Shown: positions 30,106 to 38,954 of the stretch, piece by piece
How the letters are laid out: every line of letters begins with the position of its first letter
How positions within the stretch are numbered: the stretch's first letter is position 1
From: a bacterium
GTDB lineage: Bacteria > Patescibacteriota > Saccharimonadia > Saccharimonadales > AWTP1-31
Reading direction: 5' to 3'
NCBI GenBank assembly: GCA_030426125.1
Contig: JAUHZB010000004.1
Span: forward strand, 9,253 to 73,252
DNA length: 64,000 nt
Program-made: the position numbers and the translations under genes
The notes under the pieces: model-generated
What the model was told of the DNA's origin: nothing
The model's input: only the letters and a program-made list of their open reading frames with translations
Database searches by the model: none

Positions 30106-30941
30106 TGCAGTTTAGCTGGATCAGCTTGCTGTATATTTTGGCAATTTACGGACTAGTTAGGTTTTTTAGCAGGACGCCGGAAGATCAACAGCCAAAAAAG
30201 GTTAATTGGTCACCGCTGGAATCTGTAGCGGTAACTCTGTTTATATATTTTTTCGGACAGTTGTTCGGCGGTCTCATAATATATGGTCTTCCTACTTTGT
30301 TTGGAATCAGCCAAGATAGCGTGGTGCAGTGGGTGGGTGATGACGCCATCGGCCAATTCATTACTATCTTAGTGGTAGATGCGATCAGTATTTTCTTGCT
30401 TCTTAGATTCTTGAAAAAACGGAATAATAGCCTCCGTACTATTGGTTTTGTGAAGAAGATCAAGCTCAGTGACTTTGGCTACGCAGTCGGCTATTACATG
30501 TTATATTTTCTGGTCTATTTACTAATAATCCAGTTAGTTATTAATTTTATTCCAGCAGTTGATGTAGATCAGAAACAGCAGATTGGTTTTGAGGCAGTTT
30601 CTCAGTGGAAGTTGCCAATTGTCTTTATTAGCTTAGTGGTATTACCATCTCTAGTAGAAGAGATCTTGGTCCGAGGATTTATGTATGGCGGACTGAGAAA
30701 TAGGGAGAAGATTCCAAAATATTTGGCAATCTTTATAACCAGTTTTGTTTTCGCTATAGCACATCTACAGTTTGGCTCCGGTGAAAAATTACTCTGGATT
30801 GCAGCAATTGATACTTTTATACTGTCTATATTTTTAATTGCTCTTAGGGAGAAAACTGGTCGACTGTGGTCACCGATATTCCTACACGCCATCAAAAACA
30901 GCATTGCCTTTATTAGTATCTTTATCTTAAAGATTAACTGA
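30102..30941 (+). CDS. CPBP/Abi (CAAX-type) intramembrane glutamic endopeptidase
   Basis: EEILVRG, FAIAH, HAIKN motifs; multiple TM helices. Confidence 0.9.
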   Translation: MMQFSWISLLYILAIYGLVRFFSRTPEDQQPKKVNWSPLESVAVTLFIYFFGQLFGGLIIYGLPTLFGISQDSVVQWVGDDAIGQFITILVVDAISIFLLLRFLKKRNNSLRTIGFVKKIKLSDFGYAVGYYMLYFLVYLLIIQLVINFIPAVDVDQKQQIGFEAVSQWKLPIVFISLVVLPSLVEEILVRGFMYGGLRNREKIPKYLAIFITSFVFAIAHLQFGSGEKLLWIAAIDTFILSIFLIALREKTGRLWSPIFLHAIKNSIAFISIFILKIN

Positions 30942-30966
30942 TTGAGTATGTTATACTATTTCAAAT

Positions 30967-31032
30967 ATGAGTAGTATAAATAAACAACTCCTATCCCCAC
31001 CCACACCTAGTCGACACCGGAGACTTGGTTAG
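30967..31032 (+). CDS. Putative 21-aa leader peptide MSSINKQLLSPPTPSRHRRLG
   Basis: ATG 9 nt after TG-TATACT; Pro codons CCA CCC x CCT; contains a segment complementary to the downstream terminator. Confidence 0.5.
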   Translation: MSSINKQLLSPPTPSRHRRLG

Positions 31033-31050
31033 TTAGTATTCATTAGTAAC

Positions 31051-31091
31051 AACAGCAAAACGGTCTCCGGACCGTTTTTTATTTTGCTGTT
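31051..31091 (+). terminator. Intrinsic terminator / attenuator hairpin
   Basis: AAAACGGTC-TCCG-GACCGTTTT followed by T-rich tract; alternative outer pairing AACAGCAAAA/TTTTGCTGTT. Confidence 0.75.
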
Positions 31092-31105
31092 AGTTAGGAG
31101 AAAAC

Positions 31106-31492
31106 ATGAATCACAGATTATTAAATGACTGCCAAATACTAGTTGAACAAGGATGGACTAGAGCTAGTCAGCAAATCATATTGGGTGAGCAGGATTTTGG
31201 CTACACTGTGCAACGAGAAGGTCAGCAGTTAGCAGACTCAGTTGTCGGTCAAGAGCTTAGCATTAGGGAGCTAAGAGGTGGGGTGGCTTGGGCGAATGCT
31301 CATGACCGGGAGGTTGATCAAGTTATTGGTTCTATGGATAGTCAAAATATTTGTTTTGAAGACCAGCTACAAGCTGTAGCTCGTCGATTAGCACACCATT
31401 CCGGTCGGCTAGCGCTTGATTTAGTTGGGAGTAATCGAAAACGAGACCGCTATATTGCTAGAAGGCGTTTATTGGGTTCAGAAATGGCATAG
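31106..31492 (+). CDS. Hypothetical protein (128 aa)
   Basis: AGGAG RBS 5 nt upstream; no recognised motif. Confidence 0.6.
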   Translation: MNHRLLNDCQILVEQGWTRASQQIILGEQDFGYTVQREGQQLADSVVGQELSIRELRGGVAWANAHDREVDQVIGSMDSQNICFEDQLQAVARRLAHHSGRLALDLVGSNRKRDRYIARRRLLGSEMA

Positions 31493-31548
31493 CGGGAATA
31501 ATCCCAGTGTTAGCATAAAATTAATGATAGTATAGATGTGAGGTAAAC

Positions 31549-32796
31549 ATGAAACTAAGTAAATTATTCACTAAAACAATCAAAAATCCACCTGCGGATG
31601 AAACTGCCAAGAATGCTAAATTATTGATTCAAGCTGGCTATATTCATAAGGAAATGGCCGGGGTTTACGCCTATCTACCCCTAGGCCTTAGGGTAGTGGA
31701 AAAAATTAAAAATATTGTTCGTGAAGAGATGAATGCTATTGATGGGCAAGAGTTAATAATGACCAATCTTCAACCTAAGGATCTATGGGAGACAACTTCA
31801 AGGTGGGATGACGAGGTTGTTGATGTTTGGTTTAAAACAAAACTCAAGGATGACTCAGAGGTTGGGTTAGCTTGGTCACATGAAGAACCAATAATGCGAA
31901 TGGCTGAAAAGTACATTAGTAGCTATAAAGATCTACCAGCAAGCGTTTACCAGTTCCAAACTAAGCTGAGAAATGAACTAAGGGCCAAAAGTGGCATTAT
32001 GCGTGGTCGAGAATTCTTGATGAAGGATATGTACTCAATGCATGCTAGTGCTGAGGACTTGGACGAGTACTATGAAAAAGTAAAAGTAGCTTACCAGAAA
32101 ATATATCAGCGACTCGGTATTGGAGACGATACCTACGTTACTTTTGCTAGTGGTGGAGCTTTTACTAAGTTCAGCCATGAATTCCAGACTATCTGCGAGG
32201 CTGGCGAAGATGTACTGTACGTAAATCGAGAGCAGAACATCGCTGTTAATGAGGAGGTCTTAGAAGAGGCTATCAAAGAGTTTGGAATTAAGCGTGATCA
32301 GCTTGAGAAGGTTAAGAGCGCTGAAGTAGGTAACATCTTTAATTTTGGTGCTGATAAATCTGAAACAATGGACATTTCTTTCACTGATCAAGACGGTAGT
32401 AGCAAGCCTATTCATTTAGCTTCATACGGTATCGGTATAACTAGAGTAATGGGAGTGCTTGCGGAGAAGCTAGCTGATGAAAAAGGTATAGTCTGGCCCG
32501 AGAACGTAGCTCCTTATAGGGTAGTTATCTGTGCTCTGGGTGATGAACCAGAGGTAACTAAGCAGGCTGATGAGTTGTACGATAAGTTAGTCTCAAGCAA
32601 GGTTGAAGTGCTGTATGATGATCGTGATTTGCGTCCTGGTCAGAAATTTAGCGACGCTGATCTGCTAGGGATTCCGTACCGGCTGGTAGTGAGTAAGAAG
32701 AATCTAGACTCCGGTAAGATTGAAATAAAAAAACGTACCGAAACTGAGCCCAAAATACTGGACATTGATGATATACTAGAAGTCCTGGTGGCATAA
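31549..32796 (+). CDS. proS: Prolyl-tRNA synthetase (short form without INS editing domain)
   Basis: RNELRAKSGIMRGREFLMKDMYS, EVGNIF, YGIGITR; 415 aa. Confidence 0.95.
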   Translation: MKLSKLFTKTIKNPPADETAKNAKLLIQAGYIHKEMAGVYAYLPLGLRVVEKIKNIVREEMNAIDGQELIMTNLQPKDLWETTSRWDDEVVDVWFKTKLKDDSEVGLAWSHEEPIMRMAEKYISSYKDLPASVYQFQTKLRNELRAKSGIMRGREFLMKDMYSMHASAEDLDEYYEKVKVAYQKIYQRLGIGDDTYVTFASGGAFTKFSHEFQTICEAGEDVLYVNREQNIAVNEEVLEEAIKEFGIKRDQLEKVKSAEVGNIFNFGADKSETMDISFTDQDGSSKPIHLASYGIGITRVMGVLAEKLADEKGIVWPENVAPYRVVICALGDEPEVTKQADELYDKLVSSKVEVLYDDRDLRPGQKFSDADLLGIPYRLVVSKKNLDSGKIEIKKRTETEPKILDIDDILEVLVA

Positions 32797-32855
32797 ATTG
32801 ACCATAAACATGGAGCCAGCAAATTACCAAATCAAGAAAATTGAAGGAGAAAAAT

Positions 32856-33317
32856 ATGAAGAAACAATACTTATTAACCAAAGAAGGCATCGAAGAATTA
32901 GAGAATGAACACCAGCAATTAACTGCTCAAAGATCAGCAATCGCTGATCGAATTAAGACAGCTAGAGAGTTTGGAGACTTATCTGAAAATGCTGAGTATA
33001 GTGCTGCTCGCCAAGAGCAAGAACGAAATGAATCAAGAATTGCTGAACTGGATAATATCTTAAAAAACGCCGAAGTTATAAAGAAGCCAAAGAAGGGTGA
33101 CTCAGTTTCAGTTGGATCATGCGTAAAGCTAAAAAGTGATAAAGGTAAGGCCAAAGAATACCAGGTTGTTGGTACCGTTGAGGCGGATCCACTTGAAGGT
33201 AAGATATCTGATGAATCTCCAATCGGTAGCTCACTACTAGGCAAGTCGGTTGGCCAGAAGATTGACATTTCAACACCGAATGAGACGGTTACTTACAAAA
33301 TTATCGAGATTTGCTAA
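32856..33317 (+). CDS. greA: Transcription elongation factor GreA
   Basis: GDLSENAEY, ISDESPIG. Confidence 0.97.
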   Translation: MKKQYLLTKEGIEELENEHQQLTAQRSAIADRIKTAREFGDLSENAEYSAARQEQERNESRIAELDNILKNAEVIKKPKKGDSVSVGSCVKLKSDKGKAKEYQVVGTVEADPLEGKISDESPIGSSLLGKSVGQKIDISTPNETVTYKIIEIC

Positions 33318-33377
33318 GGACATTGCTGACAAGGCAGGCTTGGTGTAATTAACGGCACTCAGGTATACTAAAGGGCG

Positions 33378-34895
33378 ATGGCAACACTAAAAGAACTGCG
33401 CGATGAGCGTCTAAGAAAATTAGAGGATTTAAAGGAGCTTGGCGTAAACCCATATCCTGCTGAATCGCGAATAAATACCGATATTGCAGAGCTAATCGAG
33501 AATTACTCTAAGTTTGAAAAGAATAAACAGCAATTAGTTGTTGCCGGTCGAATAAAAAACATTCGAAAATTTGGTAAAATTGCTTTCATTGTACTTAAAG
33601 ACAAGACACTGCAATTTCAGCTCTTTTTGAATAGCGAGCGAATTGGTGATCCGGATTACTCTAATAATTTACTAGGATTTAAAGATTTAAATTTATTAGA
33701 TAGTGGTGATTTTATAGAGGTGGTAGGCTTTATCCAGACTTCAAAAACTGGTGAAAAATCTTTAACCGTAGAAAGTCTTAAGTTGCTTTCCAAGAGTTTA
33801 CGGCCACTGCCTAGTGATCAAGATGGGTTTACCAATAAAGAAGAACGTTTGCGGCGTCGTTATGTAGATATTAATGTTAATACTGACGTTTATGAGCGGT
33901 TCGTAAGGCGCAGTAAGTTTTGGCAGGCTACGCGAGATTATCTAAACAAGCACGGCTTTATTGAAATTAATACTCCAGTGCTAGAGCATACCACTGGTGG
34001 CGCTGATGCCAACCCGTTTGTTACTCATATGGATGCTCTGGATCAAGATTTTTATTTAAGAATCAGTCATGAGCTACCTCTAAAGAGGTTGATAGGCGCT
34101 GGTTATGACCGCGTTTATGACATTGGACCACGCTTTAGGAATGAAAACTACACCGATGAGCATCTACCAGAACATGTGGCTATGGAATGGTATGCAGCCT
34201 ACTGGGACTGGAACAAAGGAATGGAATTCATGACCAAGATGTATCAGTACGTTTTAAAGGATACATTTGGCACTTTAAAGTTTGAACTTGGTGATTTTAA
34301 GATAGATCTATCTGGAGAATGGCCAAAGTGGGACTACGCTGAAGTTATACAGAAGCATTACGGACTAGATGTATTCGACTGCAGTTTGGCAGAAGTTAAA
34401 GCTGCCCTAAAGAAACATAAACTAGAGGTTGAACAAACAGAAAACAAGGCTCGTGGCATAGATAAGCTATGGAAAAATATCCGTAAAGACGTTGCTGGTC
34501 CTGTTTGGCTGATAAATACACCACTGTTTATTAGCCCACTGGCAAAAGCCAATCCAGATAATCCTAATACGGTGCAACGTTTCCAGCCAGTTATCGCTGG
34601 TAGTGAGGTCGGAAATGGGTTTAGTGAGTTAAACGACCCTATAGAGCAATTAGATCGTTTCAAAGAACAGCAAGCGATGCGTGACAGTGGTGATGATGAA
34701 GCCATGATGCTGGATATAGATTTTGTAGAAATGTTGGAGTACGGAATGCCACCGGCTTGTGGTTGGGGTTTTAGTGAGCGTGTGTTCTGGATATTTGAAG
34801 GGGTTAGCGCTCGAGAAGGAGTGCCTTTCCCTCAGCTTAGAAGCGAAGTAGATAATGTAACTAAGACTATTTACCCCGATTTAAAATTAAAATAA
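33378..34895 (+). CDS. lysS: Lysyl-tRNA synthetase (class II)
   Basis: OB fold, GGADANPF, YLRIS.EL, FRNE, EYGMPP. Confidence 0.95.
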   Translation: MATLKELRDERLRKLEDLKELGVNPYPAESRINTDIAELIENYSKFEKNKQQLVVAGRIKNIRKFGKIAFIVLKDKTLQFQLFLNSERIGDPDYSNNLLGFKDLNLLDSGDFIEVVGFIQTSKTGEKSLTVESLKLLSKSLRPLPSDQDGFTNKEERLRRRYVDINVNTDVYERFVRRSKFWQATRDYLNKHGFIEINTPVLEHTTGGADANPFVTHMDALDQDFYLRISHELPLKRLIGAGYDRVYDIGPRFRNENYTDEHLPEHVAMEWYAAYWDWNKGMEFMTKMYQYVLKDTFGTLKFELGDFKIDLSGEWPKWDYAEVIQKHYGLDVFDCSLAEVKAALKKHKLEVEQTENKARGIDKLWKNIRKDVAGPVWLINTPLFISPLAKANPDNPNTVQRFQPVIAGSEVGNGFSELNDPIEQLDRFKEQQAMRDSGDDEAMMLDIDFVEMLEYGMPPACGWGFSERVFWIFEGVSAREGVPFPQLRSEVDNVTKTIYPDLKLK

Positions 34896-34918
34896 CTAAC
34901 ATAGTTAAGGAGTAGGAT

Positions 34919-35224
34919 ATGAAAGTTCTTTGGAAGGGCAAGCAAATCGCCGAAGCTAAGAAAGAAGACTTAATATATATAGAAGGAAATTGGTATTTTC
35001 CACCAGAGTCTCTTGATGGCGATTATCTAAAAAAGTCGGACACGCCTTACGTCTGTCCTTGGAAGGGCAAATGCCAATACTTTGACGTTGGTCAGGACGG
35101 CGACTACAGCGCTGATCACGCCTTTAGTTATCCGAAGCCAATTCCGACGGCCCTAGATCGTGTCAAAAAGGACTTCTCTAATTACTTAGTTTTCTCAGGA
35201 CAAGATATAGAAATACAGGAGTAG
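34919..35224 (+). CDS. DUF427 family protein
   Basis: IEGNWYFPP, CPWKG..Y, SYP.P. Confidence 0.88.
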   Translation: MKVLWKGKQIAEAKKEDLIYIEGNWYFPPESLDGDYLKKSDTPYVCPWKGKCQYFDVGQDGDYSADHAFSYPKPIPTALDRVKKDFSNYLVFSGQDIEIQE

Positions 35225-35226
35225 AT

Positions 35227-35750
35227 ATGCATACTAGCATTGTGCTCGGAGGGGGTTGTTTCTGGTGCTTAGAGGCATCCTACCAGCTGATAAAGGGAGT
35301 GGTAGTGTTACCCCGGGATACGCCGGTGGTGATACTAAGAACCCAGATTATTACTCTGTAGGAACTAAAACCACCGGACACGCAGAAGTGGTCAAAGTAG
35401 TTTTTGATCCAGCAGTAATTCAGCTTGTAGATGTATTGGACGTGTTTTGGTTAATACATGATCCAACTTCACTGAATAAGCAGGGCAATGATGTTGGACC
35501 TCAGTATAGATCAATAATTTTATTCAAAGATGATCAGCAGAAGAAGATAATTGAGTCTTCGATAAAAAAAGTTCAACCGCTGCATAACAAAGCTATTGTT
35601 ACCGAAGTTAAGATGCTGGATAGATTTTATGAAGCTGAGCCTGAGCATCATAATTATTTTAAGAATCATCCTCAGCAGGCCTACTGTCAGCTGACAATAA
35701 ATCCAAAATTAGCTAAGCTTAGGGAGAAGTATAAGACCTTGCTTCGATAA
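35227..35750 (+). pseudogene. msrA: Peptide-methionine (S)-S-oxide reductase MsrA, frameshifted near 35302
   Basis: ATG 35227 gives MHTSIVLGGGCFWCLEASYQLIKGV; the remainder (SVTPGYAGG, TGHAEVV, HDPT, YRS, AEPEH) is in the -1 frame. Confidence 0.85.
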
Positions 35751-35772
35751 CTAATTACCAATCGGTAGTTAT

Positions 35773-36423
35773 CTATATTTGCTTAGCTTCTACAACGTAG
35801 CGCTCAGCAGTGCTACCTAGTGGATAGCAGGTGTACATAGTTAGTTTATTCTCTACGTTGGGATCATTGTTGCGGATCTCGATTTGATCTGGAGAAACTG
35901 TTTTAGAATTAAATACCTCATAAGTATAGACCTGGTCTTGCCATTTAATATAGATCTTATCGCCGTTCTGTAATTCAGTTAGATTATAGAAATGCCCACC
36001 GTTTACAGCAGTGTATATAAAACGGTGTCCAGCCACCACTATATTGCCAGGCGTCGATGGATCAATACTGGCTGACTCTCTCCATACTCCTTGGTTTCGT
36101 CCAATAACGTTGACGTTATCACCCTCAAGAATTTCAGCATTAACGCCAATTTGCGGTAAGACAAGACGGTTTCCTTTTTGGTTATCAACCTCTGGTGAGG
36201 ATTGACCATCAGCCGCTTTCTGGTAAGGTTCGGAGTTAATTTGCGGCTTGGTCAGTAGATACCAGAGCCTTGGCAGATAGGGCATTACTAACACAAACAG
36301 ACTAATTAGAGCCACAATCGATAGAATAATTATTGATGGTTTTGGTCTTTTTTTGTCAGGACTTAGATCACTTTTTGTAGTCTTAGTAGACTGTTTCTTG
36401 AATTTATTAGGTAAGCGTTTCAT
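35773..36423 (-). CDS. Sortase family protein
   Basis: N-terminal TM, GNIVVAGHR, LTMYTCYP...ERYVV giving the His/Cys/Arg triad. Confidence 0.92.
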   Translation of the reverse strand: MKRLPNKFKKQSTKTTKSDLSPDKKRPKPSIIILSIVALISLFVLVMPYLPRLWYLLTKPQINSEPYQKAADGQSSPEVDNQKGNRLVLPQIGVNAEILEGDNVNVIGRNQGVWRESASIDPSTPGNIVVAGHRFIYTAVNGGHFYNLTELQNGDKIYIKWQDQVYTYEVFNSKTVSPDQIEIRNNDPNVENKLTMYTCYPLGSTAERYVVEAKQI

Positions 36424-36528
36424 CAGAATTAAAGTATAGCACCAATTGGGTGGTTGGTGTTTAATCTTTTTTGTGGATATTTTTGTTCCTAAAACTAGTT
36501 ATTGGTTAAAGTATGCTATAGTTTGGAC

Positions 36529-37344
36529 ATGAAATTACTAAACAATTTAACTAAGAAATCTTCTAAAAAAATAACCTTGCAGTCACTAAACAAATGGAAC
36601 AAGGTTCTAGCTGGACTGCACGCCGTTCAGGCCTTAGCTATTATAATACTTAGTAGTAGTGTTGCTTGGCCGGTGGTGACCAATTTTCTAACTTTAGACA
36701 GTGTCGCTAGTGAAATTTCAGGAGAACCAGTATTAGCTAGTGCTAGTCGGGAAATTTTCTCAGTTAATCTAGGTTATCTAGTGGCCGTATTCTTTATCAT
36801 GTCGTCAATTGCTCATCTTCTGGTAGCCACAAAACTACGAAAAAGCTATGAAGCAAATCTAAAGAAGGGCATAAATAAAGTCCGCTGGATTGAGTATGCT
36901 TTCAGCGCCAGTACTATGATGGTGGCTATTGGTCTGCTTAGTGGAATTAACGATATTGCCTCCATAGTGATGCTGTTTAGCTTAGTGCTGATTATGAATC
37001 TAATGGGTCTGGTGATGGAGATAGTCAACAGTAACAAGGCCAAGATCGATTGGTTAAGCTATAACATTGGATGCTACGCCGGTATTATCCCGTGGGTTGT
37101 TTTTGCAATTTATGTATGGGGAGCAACTTTCTATGGATCTAGTGGTATTCCAACTTTCGTTTATTGGATTTATCTAAGCATCTTCCTGTTCTTTAATAGC
37201 TTTGCTGTGAATATGTACCTTCAATACAAGAAAAAAGGCAGGTGGTCTGACTATTTATACGGTGAGCGAACTTACATGATACTTAGTTTAGTAGCAAAAA
37301 GTGCACTAGCTTGGCAGGTGTTTGCTGGAACACTTCGTCCGTAG
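36529..37344 (+). CDS. Heliorhodopsin
   Basis: 7-TM protein with basic N-terminus; LHAVQ, IAHLL, RWIEYAFS and TM7 YMILSLVAKSALAWQ (retinal-binding Lys). Confidence 0.95.
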   Translation: MKLLNNLTKKSSKKITLQSLNKWNKVLAGLHAVQALAIIILSSSVAWPVVTNFLTLDSVASEISGEPVLASASREIFSVNLGYLVAVFFIMSSIAHLLVATKLRKSYEANLKKGINKVRWIEYAFSASTMMVAIGLLSGINDIASIVMLFSLVLIMNLMGLVMEIVNSNKAKIDWLSYNIGCYAGIIPWVVFAIYVWGATFYGSSGIPTFVYWIYLSIFLFFNSFAVNMYLQYKKKGRWSDYLYGERTYMILSLVAKSALAWQVFAGTLRP

Positions 37345-37373
37345 TATAAGGGTTAGGTAAGTAGTATAAGTTT

Positions 37374-38075
37374 ATGAAGGTTCATCGTTTTTATACCCCT
37401 GATGTAAGCTTGGATAAAAATATATGGGTGCGCGATTCCGGTTTGTTGAAGCAATGGCTTAAGGTGTTACGCTTCAGGCTTGGGCAACAGGTTGTGCTAT
37501 TCGATGGCAAGCAGCGTGATCGGCTGTATAAAATAATTGAAATAAATTCTAATGAAGTGAACCTTGAAATGGTTACCGATTTTGAGCCTAAACTACCAAA
37601 GCGTGATATATATCTATTTTGGTCGGTACTAAAGAAAGATAAAAATGAATGGATAGCCCAAAAAACTACTGAGCTAGGCGTCTCGCACTTGGTTCCACTG
37701 ATAGCAAGCAGGTCAGAAAAAACCAATGTAAATATAGACAGATTGCGCAAAATATCTATAGAAGCTACGGAACAATGCGGTAGGAGCGATATAGTTAGTA
37801 TTAGGGAGCCACTGACAGTAGAAAAAGCCTTAGAGCAATACGCAGGTAAGCTAGATATGTTTGTTTGTGAACAAGGCGCTAGTAGCCTGAATGAAGTCGA
37901 CAGTTCAACAAGCCCAGATAATCCGTTAGGTTTGTTGGTAGGTCCAGAGGGCGGCTGGACAGAGTCGGAGTTGGAGATGTTTGATGAACGCGGAATCAAG
38001 AAGTTTGGACTCCACGACTTTACGTTGCGGGCAGAAACGGCGGCCATTTCAGCGGTTGCAGTAATGATGCAGTAA
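37374..38075 (+). CDS. rsmE: 16S rRNA m3U1498 methyltransferase RsmE
   Basis: KVLR, QKTTELGV, EATEQCGR, VGPEGGW, LRAETAA. Confidence 0.95.
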   Translation: MKVHRFYTPDVSLDKNIWVRDSGLLKQWLKVLRFRLGQQVVLFDGKQRDRLYKIIEINSNEVNLEMVTDFEPKLPKRDIYLFWSVLKKDKNEWIAQKTTELGVSHLVPLIASRSEKTNVNIDRLRKISIEATEQCGRSDIVSIREPLTVEKALEQYAGKLDMFVCEQGASSLNEVDSSTSPDNPLGLLVGPEGGWTESELEMFDERGIKKFGLHDFTLRAETAAISAVAVMMQ

Positions 38076-38147
38076 CTTGTTTTTTTAATAAATTGAAAGT
38101 TTATATAACATCAATAACATAGGCATAATACTGCTACAATACAATCT

Positions 38148-38933
38148 ATGAACTATTGGAGACAGCGCAGTAAGCCATACCAAGTTGGCCAGAAAGAAGC
38201 TTTCAAGGTTAGTCGTAGTAAGATTGAATTGTTTATGCAGTGTAAACGCTGTTTTTGGCTAGACGTCAGACTTAAAATTACTCGGCCAAACACCCCACCT
38301 TTCAACATTAATAAAGCGATCGATGAGTTATTCAAGAAAGAGTTTGATAAGCACCGCCAGCAGGGAACCCCTCATCCAATAATGGAGCAAAACGATGTTA
38401 AAGCGATTCCGATGCAACATGAACAGCTTGATGATTGGCGCTATAATTTTACCGGTGTGACTACTGTTCATAAGCTAACCAACTTACATGTTTTCGGCGC
38501 TATTGATGATCTTTGGGTGGATGATGATGGCAATATGATAGTCGTCGACTACAAGGCTACTGCTAAAGACAAACCAGTAAGTATTGATTCAGATTGGCAG
38601 ATTAGCTATAAAAGGCAAATTGAGGTGTACCAGTGGTTGTTGCGAAGCAATGGTTACAAAGTTAGCAATACTGGCTATTTTGTATATACCAACGGACGGT
38701 TGGATTTAGACGGCTTCCATGATCGTTTAGAATTCAAAACTACATTAATCCCTTATGAGGGTGATGACAGCTGGGTAGAGCCAGCATTAAAGAAGATGAA
38801 GAAGTGTATGGACGGAGACATGCCAGCTGTCGGCAAAGCTGCAATGGGCGGAGAGTGTGATTATTGTAGCTATGCAAAAAAACGCACCTTGCTAACTATA
38901 GAACACATCAAAAAGCCTAAAAAAAGATCGTAA
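38148..38933 (+). CDS. PD-(D/E)XK nuclease family protein (Cas4/AddB-like, stand-alone)
   Basis: SRSKI..F..CKRC, GAIDD, VVDYK, Q...Y, C-terminal CDYC. Confidence 0.85.
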   Translation: MNYWRQRSKPYQVGQKEAFKVSRSKIELFMQCKRCFWLDVRLKITRPNTPPFNINKAIDELFKKEFDKHRQQGTPHPIMEQNDVKAIPMQHEQLDDWRYNFTGVTTVHKLTNLHVFGAIDDLWVDDDGNMIVVDYKATAKDKPVSIDSDWQISYKRQIEVYQWLLRSNGYKVSNTGYFVYTNGRLDLDGFHDRLEFKTTLIPYEGDDSWVEPALKKMKKCMDGDMPAVGKAAMGGECDYCSYAKKRTLLTIEHIKKPKKRS

Positions 38934-38954
38934 ATTTAAGGTATAATTAGTTAT

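Noticed and set aside
37391..38047. 218-aa antisense ORF inside rsmE
   Set aside because: Codon-aligned mirror of a conserved gene, no recognisable motif or expression signals
38148..38933. CRISPR-Cas locus suggested by the Cas4-like gene
   Set aside because: No repeat-spacer array or other cas genes seen in the window
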